Part shown: positions 53,893 to 63,999 of the stretch, piece by piece | Position numbering within the stretch: position 1 is the first letter of the stretch | Layout of the letters: each line of letters starts with the position of its first letter | DNA from: a virus | Length of the DNA: 64,000 bases | Direction: 5' to 3' (one strand) | IMG/VR virus record: IMGVR_UViG_3300035190_001334 | Location: 1-64,000 of that record | Translations under genes and position numbers: made by a program | The notes under the pieces: generated by a model | Told to the model about the DNA's origin: nothing | The model's database searches: none | Seen by the model: the letters and a program-made list of their open reading frames with translations, nothing else

Positions 53893-54672
53893 ATGACAAA
53901 AGATAAAGATACATGGATTTTGTATAAAACTGAAAATTTGGTAAATCATAGAAGTTATGTTGGAGTGCATAAACTTGCCGACAACCTACGCTCTAAGAAT
54001 TACCTTGGTAGTGGAAATAATATAAAGACAGCTATAAAGAAATACGGAAGAGAAAATTTCATTAGAACTACACTTGCAGAGTTTGCTTGTGCCGAAGACG
54101 CTTACTCGGCTGAAGAAAAGATGGTAACTGAGGAATTTATTAAACGTAAAGATACTTATAACATAAGTCTTGGTGGTCGTGGTAGTTCCAAACATACGGA
54201 AGAAGCTAAGGCGAAAATTGCTATTTCACACAAGGGGAGAGAGTTTACGGAGCAACATAGGGCAAAAATCAGCGCGTCAGCAAAAGGTAGAAAGATGACT
54301 GAAGAAACAAAAATGAAAATTGCGATTGCAAACACAGGAAAAAAGCATACAGAAGAAACAATGAAAAAACTTCGAGGTAGAATTGTCAGCGAAGAGACTA
54401 GAGCAAAAAGTGCGGAGATATTTAGGGGTAAAACGCACACAGAGGAGGCAAAAAGTAGGATGAGCGAGGCAGCTAAACTTAGAACTGGTGCTAAAAATCA
54501 TTCAAGTATAGCAGTAGTGATAAATGGTAAATATTATGAAAATGCACATATAGCATCCCCCTTAGAACAAACACATTATCAAACTATAGTAAGTAGACTA
54601 AAATCGCCAACAGCTAAATGGTCTGAATGGCGCTATGCTACTGAAGAGGAAAAATTGTCCCACCAGATGTAG
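53893..54672 (+). CDS. GIY-YIG homing endonuclease with NUMOD3 repeats (cassette 2)
   Basis: MTKDKDTWILYKTEN..SYVGVH, YLGSG, HTEE repeats; start reassigned by alignment to cassette 1. Confidence 0.9.
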   Translation: MTKDKDTWILYKTENLVNHRSYVGVHKLADNLRSKNYLGSGNNIKTAIKKYGRENFIRTTLAEFACAEDAYSAEEKMVTEEFIKRKDTYNISLGGRGSSKHTEEAKAKIAISHKGREFTEQHRAKISASAKGRKMTEETKMKIAIANTGKKHTEETMKKLRGRIVSEETRAKSAEIFRGKTHTEEAKSRMSEAAKLRTGAKNHSSIAVVINGKYYENAHIASPLEQTHYQTIVSRLKSPTAKWSEWRYATEEEKLSHQM

Positions 54673-54724
54673 TTGTGATGGTCGGTACAGGTAAGGTCTT
54701 TGACGCTGCGTAGGTAGTCTTCAT
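54638..54724 (-). pseudogene. Stranded original 5' end of the 52085-53683 tail gene
   Basis: MKTTYAASKTLPVPTITTTSGG vs MKTIYASSKTLVAPTVSTVGGG (14/22 identical). Confidence 0.8.
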
Positions 54725-54726
54725 AT

Positions 54727-54897
54727 TTACTTCATAATAGTTGTATTTGTGACGGACGTGACTATATTAAAAGTAAACGTATCACTGCCTTGTGTGAGTT
54801 TTACCCGATTTCCTTCTTGGACGACTCGCGGAACCACATTTTGCAGCCCAGCTTTGATGGCGGCTAGCGCCTCTGTGTAGTCGATGTCTTGGTTCAT
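54727..54897 (-). CDS. 56-aa hypothetical protein (not in track)
   Basis: MNQDIDYTEALAAIKAGLQNVVPR...; GG-TATAAT-N6-ATG; coupled to the remnant. Confidence 0.6.
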   Translation of the reverse strand: MNQDIDYTEALAAIKAGLQNVVPRVVQEGNRVKLTQGSDTFTFNIVTSVTNTTIMK

Positions 54898-55003
54898 TTG
54901 ATTATTATACCTTGTTCCCTATTTCTTTTCTGCAAGCTAACGCAGTGACGAGCGCAAGCGAGTGGTACGTGTTATCATAACAAGTAAACATACACCAAAC
55001 AAT

Positions 55004-55306
55004 ATGACCTATCCAATTTCTGCATTTGTCGAAGCAGCCGAAGCGTTACGTGAAGAATACGAAAATGCTGAAGTTACGTCGTCCGATACGTCGATTACAG
55101 TCTCTCGTACTGTTGTCTCTGAAGAAGGTGCTACATATACTTATGGCATCGAGTTTACACCCCCTGATGCTGAATATGATGAAGAGCTTGTCGAATTGTA
55201 CGTCGAAGACTTGTACGAGTCACTTTATGGTGAGGATGTCGAGTACGAAGATGAAGAAGGTGAAGATGACGAGGAATATGATGAAAACGGTTATGTTGTA
55301 GCATAG
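55004..55306 (+). CDS. Highly acidic small protein
   Basis: E/D/Y-rich; upstream TGTTATCAT; followed by a terminator. Confidence 0.7.
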   Translation: MTYPISAFVEAAEALREEYENAEVTSSDTSITVSRTVVSEEGATYTYGIEFTPPDAEYDEELVELYVEDLYESLYGEDVEYEDEEGEDDEEYDENGYVVA

Positions 55307-55332
55307 CTTTTAGTTTGTATGCTCGAAACTGT

Positions 55333-55363
55333 GACCCTCGGTTGTAATGACTGGGGGTTTCTT
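55333..55363 (+). terminator. Rho-independent terminator
   Basis: ACCCTCGGTT-gtaat-GACTGGGGGT followed by TTCTT. Confidence 0.65.
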
Positions 55364-55683
55364 GTTGCACAAGGCTATATAAGGAAATTGGATTGAACTC
55401 AAGCGCCGTATGGCTAGTAGAAGGGATTGTTCAATAAAAATAATACTAATATAAGAAACTTTGTAAAAATACAAAAATAGAGCTTGAAACCCTTTAAATA
55501 CGTTACTCGTTACAAGACTTACACATGGAAAATTTAAAAAATACAAAATTTATAACAAAGCTTGTAAGTGCCTAAACATATACCTAAGATGATAAAAACG
55601 AAATTATACTAAACAAAAATTACAAAAAATATAACATGGTCTGGAGTGTGTTATTATTAAAATACAAATGTATAATAGTAAAT

Positions 55684-56409
55684 ATGATTTCAGATGAACC
55701 TTTAGCAATTACACCAGTAGAAATTGTGGGTGCCTTAAACAAGATACCTACAGATACCGATTTTGTAGAAAAAGCTATTACCAAATGGGAAAGGGCTGGA
55801 GACAATGCTCAGCTTGCTGCTACTAGTTTGATAATGTTACATCAGTTGGCAGACATCAAGACAACTTTAGCTGCTCTCAACAACACCGTACAAAATTTAA
55901 ACGACACAATCGGCAACCCCAAAGAAGTTAGCGTAGTAAAGTTGACTACTAAATTTGTGAGGGAGCCAGAGCTTCGGGAAGGGTTTTCTGTTTTTGTAGA
56001 CGAAAAAGACGGTAAGCAGAAATTGCAATACCAAGGCAAGACAGATACCTACATCATTTTTGAGGCTTTTGATAGACTTCATCTAAAACTGAAAAACTAC
56101 TACGGTTTGAAAGAGATAACTCATAAGACAATGAACAACGCCTTGATTAAGTCTTTCAACTGGTCTAAAGCAGAGGCTCAGGATTGGGATGAAGCTACCA
56201 AGAAGACTACAATCTTGCAAACTGCTGATTTACTTTACCTAAAGAAAAAAAGTAAAAAACTGACTATTCCAGAAATCAAACTTGCCCTCAGTCCTTTAGA
56301 GGAGACAACAAGATTCATCAAAAATACTTTACTTGACGCTGGTTGGGTTACTTTGAGGCAAGGTACTTGCAACACTATTTTCTATACACATTCAAACGGA
56401 GACTACTAA
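55684..56409 (+). CDS. Putative DNA-binding protein, paralog of 22135-22833
   Basis: See paralog; TATAAT-N7-ATG. Confidence 0.55.
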   Translation: MISDEPLAITPVEIVGALNKIPTDTDFVEKAITKWERAGDNAQLAATSLIMLHQLADIKTTLAALNNTVQNLNDTIGNPKEVSVVKLTTKFVREPELREGFSVFVDEKDGKQKLQYQGKTDTYIIFEAFDRLHLKLKNYYGLKEITHKTMNNALIKSFNWSKAEAQDWDEATKKTTILQTADLLYLKKKSKKLTIPEIKLALSPLEETTRFIKNTLLDAGWVTLRQGTCNTIFYTHSNGDY

Positions 56410-56410
56410 A

Positions 56411-56560
56411 ATGACTCAAACATTTATTTATGCTATCTACTGCCCAAATAAACAGGAAGTTAAAATTGGTCAAAAGAAGAAATTACAGATTTACTTTTAG
56501 GTAACGGCTATATATTAAAAACTTATCCTTCAAATCGAGTTAAATACTTTAAAAACCATG
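56411..56560 (+). pseudogene. Internally deleted GIY-YIG-like gene remnant
   Basis: MTQTFIYAIY..EVKIG, then out-of-frame ITDLLLGNGYILKTYPSNRVKYF. Confidence 0.45.
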
Positions 56561-57083
56561 ACACACAACCCAAAATCAGGTTACTCCTGCAACATGATTA
56601 TTATCGATGACGTGATTACCCCATTTCCAACACCAGAGCAGAAAGCCAGTATGCTTCGATTGTACCAAGAACATTTAGATAGTCAAATCGCAAGTGTTTT
56701 TCGTACTGCCAATTACAACCATAATTTTGGAGTTGCCAACACTGCTGACCTACAAAGCCAGTTGGTTGCTAAGAAGCTTCATGAAGAACTACAAAAAACT
56801 TGAGGTTGCAACTACTAATATGATTAAATGGCATGAACCTGAAAATACCAACAAATTTCTCACCTTTGAAGATGTAGACAAAATGATGAAAAGCTACAAT
56901 CCGACAGAGTTCAAACAACAATACCTGAATATGCCTGAACCCAGTGAGCCTCCTTGTATCTCATCAGAAGTTCTGGACAAAGCAAAAGAAAGTTGGATGT
57001 TAAGAACTGCCGACTATAGACGAGGCAAGATGCGCGAAATTTTCAATGTGCTGGAAACAGAATTTAGGGGAGAAGAGCATTAA
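56558..57083 (+). CDS. Two small ORFs with terminase-like motifs (56558-56803; 56820-57083)
   Basis: GYSCNMIIIDD (Walker B-like); EFKQQYLNMP.P. Confidence 0.45.
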
Positions 57084-60000
57084 AGCCCACTTGAACCAGA
57101 ATTTACCCACCTTCCCATGCCATAAGGAACCCCTGAAACATCTACTCCGATTGAGTTCGGCAAACCTGTTACGTTCACAGTTGTCACCAGCCCACCTTTA
57201 ATACTATTTAGCGCTGTAGCGGTCGTACTAACTGCCGTGAGGGTAACTGGCACTACTTCGCCGAATGTGACATTGACGGGCTGATTAAGCGCACCTCCGT
57301 TGATTATCTGCGTAGTGAACGTACTCGACTTAGCAGCCCACTTTTGCCCAAAGTATTGAAACACACTATTAGGCTTTATTGCGTTTTGTGTCCACGTAAA
57401 TGATGTGGTTAAGCTGGCTCCGTCGAACACATCTTTATGCAGCTTGAATGTAGCGCCCTTGATTGCTTCTTGTAAGTTCTGCGCCCCAGTAATTGTCACA
57501 TCGCTCAATATGTTGCGGTCACGTACATTTGAGGTCAGATAAGTCAGCGAGTCTTTGAGTCCATTCTTGTCCTGAATAGGGTTAAGTTGGTTCACTGGCT
57601 TGCGTACTGTAGCGCTAGGAGGTCGCCCCAAAGCTGTACTAAAGCTTGAACTCTGTATGTTGCCCTTGAAGCTGGCATCAGCAACTGTGCGGATTGTTCC
57701 GTAGATTGAGTAGGAGTCGTCTTTGAAACTGGCATCATTAGCTGCGGTTGAATAGGATGGTACTGCTGAACCATCTTTTTTCTGCTGTGTTGGAATCACC
57801 TTGTTGACATCAATGCTCGGCGGAACGCCCTGACCAATTACTGCATCATCAGGCACATCCATATAACTGAATGGACGATAATAAGTACCACTATATGTCT
57901 CGTTTGCGTTAATTGAACCTAAGAGTCCATTTAGGTCATTGAATGTTTCATAAATTCTATCGATATTTGGCTTAGTTGTCTTGCTTGGGCGAATCATGTA
58001 GCGAGTATGCTCGTAAACTTCTTCACCAGTGGTCAAATAGATAGGGTTCTTGCCCCAGAGTGAAGCTGCTTGGTCATTATACTCAGGGTTGCCACTAACA
58101 GCCGCAGAAATCGAATATCTCGACTTACTAACTATCATCAAATTAGGAACCCAATCAGGACTAGGGAACAAAACTGCTACAGGGTCTTGAGTGCTTGGGG
58201 AGTTAGGTAGTTGTGCCTTGGGAATATACTCGACATTCCAATCAACTTTGTCGCCATCTTTGTAATATTTGCTAAACGGCTCGATGAAATAGTCTACGCG
58301 CTCGGTAATAGGGATTTTGCGATATAGGAAGCTTTCAAGTTTGCATTTTGCCTTGTAAACAGAAAGATAGTAGTGTTGGAGGCTGATGGGGTCGTTTGCA
58401 ATTAGATTACCAATTTGCAGCAGGAAAGTAAGGTTGATGTATGCCTGAATACTCCCTTGCGACCAACTTGCAGCATCCTCATTAGCAAAACGCTTAATTG
58501 TCCAACCTTCAGTCTGTTCAGCGACCAAAACTTGTGAATTAGACTTGAGGAGGTTCTGGTACTGCTCTGGAACTTCAATTTTGACGTAGTTCCCATACGC
58601 ATCCTTCACTTGAGGCTTGATGTCAAGTTCAAGCGGCTGATAAATGAAATCGGTCTGCTTAATGCTAGTTACGCGCCACACGATAGGACGCGCAAAGATA
58701 TTCTGTCCCACCATACCCATAGCTTGATTTACAAGGTCGCCAAGCAGTCCTTTCAATGCGTTACGTTGTGCTGCTGGATTACTTTGCATCCTGTTAAGAA
58801 TTGAAGTGTCAATATTGATTGGAGCCATCGGGTCAGTAACTAGTTCTAGCGCCGAGTGACTAAAACCGTAAGTGCCACTAATTTCCGACTGCGGTTGCCC
58901 GTATTTGTAAAGCGTAATCTTAAATTGCTTACTTAAACCACCGTTATCAACAAACACACTAAGGTCGCGAGGAACTAAGCTACCATCTCCGACTTCTACT
59001 GGAGGTAAGTGGGGATTAGGGTCGCCATCGTAAAGTACATACTCATCATCGGTCACTTGGACGTAAGTATTTTGTAGTCCATAATTAGTTCCACCATTCC
59101 AGTTCAGTAATGTATTTTTGTAGCAAGGTGTCTCGTTGTCCGTCAAAGTAATTTCAGTAAGAGGCGTAGCCGTAATTGAGCGTCCAGAACCAAGTGCAAC
59201 GTAATCGATGCCAGATTGTGAGTAAATAGCTACTTTGCCGTCAAGGATAGCGCGTTCATCTAAAAAAGACCGCAAGGTGAAGAAATCTGTGTTGGCTGGT
59301 CGGTAAGGAAGATTGACAAAGCCACTTAAACCTGTGATTGGGCAGTTGATGCCAGTGAAAAGAGATACTTGAGATAAGAGCGAAGCTAGACTGAAGCGGT
59401 AGAACTGTTCACCAATAATTTGCGCTGAACGCCCATAAGCCAAAACAAACTTAGCTGTGTTGATTGGTTTTTCTGTAAAGAGCTTGCTTACATGAGAATA
59501 GCTAAGTGAAACTTCGTATTTTACAAATATATTACCTACTTTCTGCACTTGAGGTGATTCTTTGTAGCTGTAGTTAGTCAGATAAAAATTGTAGTTACCA
59601 AAGGTTAAGTCACTTCCCAAATCAGGTATTTCATTCAGAGTTGCCACGTAAATGACGGCAGAAAGAGATGGAGGTTGGTCAAGCTCCTGATTTAGCGTGT
59701 AGGTACCTACAACGGCTCTGAGAGGATTTTCGGCGCTACTGGTAAGATTTGTGACTAAGGACACAATAATATATCCCCCTGCGAAGTGAAGAAACTATTT
59801 TTGCCAAACTTCAAGAACTTGTCGTATCGGTAAACCTGCCCGTAGTAACTGACGCTCTCAGTATCAACCGCCGCCCCTGCCAGCCTGAGTAACTTCTTTT
59901 TCTGCACAAGCGAAGCGAATCCGAGAAATGGTGAAAGTATGTCAAAATCAAGACGTACTCTGATGGTCGTGCGGTCAGTGATTGAAAAGCCTTTGATGTC

Positions 60001-61196
60001 CGAAACTTTATATGCGGTCGTGTCTCGGTCTTTAAAAATAATTGCGTTCGGGAAGTATACAGTCCAGTCTAAATCTGTGTGGCTGTTGAGGTCAGTGAAA
60101 TGGAAATCGAGCGTAGCCGTCTTGGAAATAGGGTAATCGCCAGTTGTCAAGTAGTAGCAAGCATTGAGGTCAGGTGTGGCAAAGCGAGAGCCTGAGTTAT
60201 TGTATCCATCAGCGCCGAGAGAGACAAAGTTGAAACCGACAAGAAAAGGTAACTTGAATTTCTGGTCTAACTTGATTACAGTCAGATAAGAGGCTTGTGC
60301 TGTATATGTGTCAAGATTTACAGTATTAGTAGATTCGCTTGTATATGGCGACACGGCTGCACCTCCAACCCAAGTTGGCAATCGTTTGGGCGTATCTTTA
60401 AGTAGTTTCCACATCTAACTTATCGCAAATTCTGGACTATTTAACTCGACTCCTGTAAGAGTGTAATTACGATAGCATTGTTCGGAGCCTACCGTGTATA
60501 TGCCACTATAGTCTACAGCTATAACTACCCAATTCTGTCCCCTAAATGAGAATGATTGAGAACCAAATTGTTGTAAAGAAGGTTTTTGAAATGGAATACC
60601 AGCTACTTTAATTCCTTCAAAATTTATTGTTACTGTTTCATAAGTAACAGAACCAGCCAACAAGGAAGAGTTGTTGAGCAGAAAGAAAGCATTCGCGTTC
60701 TGAGCATTAATTTTCCCAAAAGAAACTGCTCCCGATTTTAACGGAAAGCCAAAAAGCTTCTCTTGGGAATAACTAAGACCCACTAGGATTACCCAATCTT
60801 AGAGCGATATTCGTTGGTAACGAAAGTAACAGGGAAGCTCTTGAGAGATTCATCACTTGCCCCAACTCGGATACCACCTTTTTCTTCAAAGGAGAAAGGA
60901 TATAGGGTGTACTCACGGTAAGTTTGACCACCGACAAGACCAGTTCCTGCTGTCAAGTTGACTTGGTTCAGCAACATGGCTTCAGAGTTGGCGTTTGCAT
61001 CAGCTTTGATTTCTTGCACTTTAGTAAGGGAGATACCTCCAAAATCAAAAGTCCAAGTAACAGCAACTACCGATGCGCCGATAGAGAAGTCACCTAAGTT
61101 GGCGATGGTACTATCGATTGCCAGTTCCCCAGCCGTAATTTTGTCCGACGGCACTGGTATGCCGTAGAGCTTGGTTTGTTGGACGTTTAATGCCAT
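57080..61196 (-). CDS. Tail tip/baseplate-like genes (57080-59764, 59755-60414, 60415-60783, 60789-61196)
   Basis: Coupled ORFs immediately downstream of the tape measure gene; beta-rich. Confidence 0.55.
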
Positions 61197-61239
61197 AGTT
61201 GTTTTTCTTCACTATTTTCTCTAAGTATATCACTCTGGA

Positions 61240-63999
61240 TTAAGTGACATAACTCTTGGTCAAATCATTAAAGTCTCTACCGAACTTGGTAAATGCTTTC
61301 ACAGCTATATCATTGAATTGTTTCGAGATATCGCCAAATCTACCAGCAGCGTCTCCAGTTAGTGTAGTTTTCACACCGTCAATCGTGACTTGGTTGTTAA
61401 TTGTCAAGTTGAGGCTCTGTTGACCAGAAATTGAGCTAGTGGTTTGAGGCTTGTTAGGCGAAGCGTCACGAAAATCATTAGTAATCTTGCGAGTTTCTTT
61501 GTTTATCTGGTCTTGAAGTTGCTGTGCTTGCTGTTGAACGGAATCTCTAGTGCTGCCGCCAATAGTTTGCAGTTGTCTTTGAGTTGCCTCGAAGTCTGCC
61601 CCAAAGGGTGTACGGTTAGTGATATTTTGGATAGGCTGTTGAGTAGCAAAGCCAGTACTTAGTGCTTTACTAACAAGGTCAATAGATACCAAGCCACCAC
61701 TAGGGTTTCGTTGGGCAATATCGAGAATTTGACTCTGACCATTTAAGCCAATGTTGTTGATTTTGCTGAACGTATCTTGTCTTACAAAACTTTGCGTCTC
61801 CCTATTCAGAGCTAAGGAACCAAGAGTCTGTTTCTGAGCGTCAGCGATGTTTTTGGGGATGTCACCGATGAATTGATTTACACCACTAATGTCGCCAACT
61901 TGAATACCGCTACTTGGGTCAAGCTTAGAAACCAGTACCGATAGCAACTTAGTCTGAGTCAGCGCATTGACCAACATTGTCTCTTCAGTCTTTAGTTGTT
62001 GCTCCTGAACTTGAAGTGTGTTAAGTTCTTTCTCACCAGCACGACCAGCTTCATTCTTATCAGCCTGTGTTTTCTCGATAGTCGCAAGAATTTCGTTACG
62101 ACCAATAAGAGCTTGGGCAGCAGGATTATTTTGACCGAACAGACCGAGAACCGAAGAACTGAAACCTCGCGTAGCTTGATTGCTTTGGACTGTGGAAGCC
62201 TCTCTACGTCCTTGCAGGTCTAATCGAGCGTTAGCCAATGTTGCTACCTTCTCAAGCTTATCTGAGCCTTCCCTTGCTGTTGCCGAAAATCTTTCTAATG
62301 AAGCATTGACACCTTCAAGAATTGTTTTTTGCTTAATGTATTGGAAGTCACGGTCAGCTTCGGCTCTTGCAGTTTTAAGTTGGCGCTCAATGTCTGCTTG
62401 TTGCTTTTTAAGTTCAGGATTGTTAACTCCGTTCCTTGTCGCATCAGCATTAGCACTTGCAACTCGGTCACGAACTGCTTGAACAGTATTGACTCTGGCA
62501 GTTACTTTACTAATTTCCTTATTCGCATCAAGTAATAATTGGCTAGTTTTATCAGCTAGTTTTGCACCAATATTACTGAACACTGCACCAAGCGAAGAGG
62601 CAGAAAAGAGAGATGATGCAGTAGAGCCAAGTGAACTGAATGCGTCGCCTACTCCTTTTGAGATATCCGCAAGACGTTGTTGAGGTGCGAACGATGCATC
62701 AATGGCAGCTTCATTACGTGCAATAGTCTCGGCTAACGCGCCAATTTCTTGTTTGAGGCGATTAGCAACAACTGTGAACTTGAGGTCTTGTTCGGCTTGC
62801 TGGACAACTTTCTTGGCACTTTCGATATCAATGTTACCAACGCGCTCTTTTAGTTGGTCAGAGGCTCCAGTTATAGAGGTTTTTCTATTTTTGGCACTAT
62901 CTACTTTCTTTTGAAGGTCGTCTATTTCTTTTTTTGCGTTTTCTATCGCTTTTACAGTCAGTTCAGTTACTGCGGTAGAATTAAGTTTTCGAGAAACTCC
63001 TGTATTTAAAAAACTATTACCAACACTATCAGTGTTTACAAGCAAAGCGATTTTAGCATCAACCTCTTTTTGGACTCTATCTTCAAGCCTAAAACCAGTA
63101 TCACTTCTACCCTTTCTATTTGCGTAAGACTTGTCAACCTCTTCTCTAAAGAATTGCTCTTTTAGTGCTGGTAACGCCGAGGCATCTATTTTTATTTGCC
63201 CTTTCGATAATAATTGTTTACTCCTATCAACTTGACTCTGCGCTAAGTTTATATCTGCTTCTGCCCTAGCTGTTTCTTTAGCTACAGCCGCTTTGTCAGC
63301 TAAATTGATTTTGTTGTTTATGCCAAATTTAGACCCAGCATCCTTTTCAGAGATGTTGCCAGATTTGAGAACTTGTTGTAGCAGTTTTGTGCGATTGCCA
63401 ACCTCAGCTTGTGCCGCTTGTAAAATATTGCCCTTAGTTATTTCCTCTTCCCGCGCCGATATAGCTAAGGACTCTTGCTTGACAGACAATTCTTTTTCTG
63501 CCGCAGCCAGCTTTGCTTGCGCCAACGAGACTGACAACGAACCAAATTTACTTTCCTGAGCAAATGTGGAGACTATGTTTTTCTGCACCTCCAATAGCCC
63601 TTGATTGAAGCTGAGTAGTTGTTTACGCTTACCAAGTTCTTCGGTGATTTGCCCAGAGTTTTTGATATTAAAAGCTTCGGCACTAAGGTCAGCAATTTTA
63701 CTTAGTCGGTCTGCATAGTCTTGGGCGCTAATATTAGGTGCATCTAGAGACTTGCGAAGAGCATCGATGTTGCTTTGTATACCTTGAAGACTTCGTTTAG
63801 TAGATTGCCCGATAGCTTCTCCTCCAATTGCCCCAGCACTTGAAAGAACAGAAAAAAGTCTACCGTAAGAGTTTGTTACTGCATTGTTATAGCTAATTAT
63901 TTTGTCTGTAGCTACCTTGAAAGCCTCGTCCATAGCTCTTTGTGCAGTAGGGTCAGAAGCAACAAACTGCATTACCTTTACGTCTTCTGTAAGTCTTTT
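61240..63999 (-). CDS. Tape measure protein, C-terminal part (continues beyond the window)
   Basis: Long Ala/Gln/Lys-rich helical ORF open to the window end; C-terminal LNLTINNQVTIDG. Confidence 0.7.
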   Translation of the reverse strand, partial: KRLTEDVKVMQFVASDPTAQRAMDEAFKVATDKIISYNNAVTNSYGRLFSVLSSAGAIGGEAIGQSTKRSLQGIQSNIDALRKSLDAPNISAQDYADRLSKIADLSAEAFNIKNSGQITEELGKRKQLLSFNQGLLEVQKNIVSTFAQESKFGSLSVSLAQAKLAAAEKELSVKQESLAISAREEEITKGNILQAAQAEVGNRTKLLQQVLKSGNISEKDAGSKFGINNKINLADKAAVAKETARAEADINLAQSQVDRSKQLLSKGQIKIDASALPALKEQFFREEVDKSYANRKGRSDTGFRLEDRVQKEVDAKIALLVNTDSVGNSFLNTGVSRKLNSTAVTELTVKAIENAKKEIDDLQKKVDSAKNRKTSITGASDQLKERVGNIDIESAKKVVQQAEQDLKFTVVANRLKQEIGALAETIARNEAAIDASFAPQQRLADISKGVGDAFSSLGSTASSLFSASSLGAVFSNIGAKLADKTSQLLLDANKEISKVTARVNTVQAVRDRVASANADATRNGVNNPELKKQQADIERQLKTARAEADRDFQYIKQKTILEGVNASLERFSATAREGSDKLEKVATLANARLDLQGRREASTVQSNQATRGFSSSVLGLFGQNNPAAQALIGRNEILATIEKTQADKNEAGRAGEKELNTLQVQEQQLKTEETMLVNALTQTKLLSVLVSKLDPSSGIQVGDISGVNQFIGDIPKNIADAQKQTLGSLALNRETQSFVRQDTFSKINNIGLNGQSQILDIAQRNPSGGLVSIDLVSKALSTGFATQQPIQNITNRTPFGADFEATQRQLQTIGGSTRDSVQQQAQQLQDQINKETRKITNDFRDASPNKPQTTSSISGQQSLNLTINNQVTIDGVKTTLTGDAAGRFGDISKQFNDIAVKAFTKFGRDFNDLTKSYVT

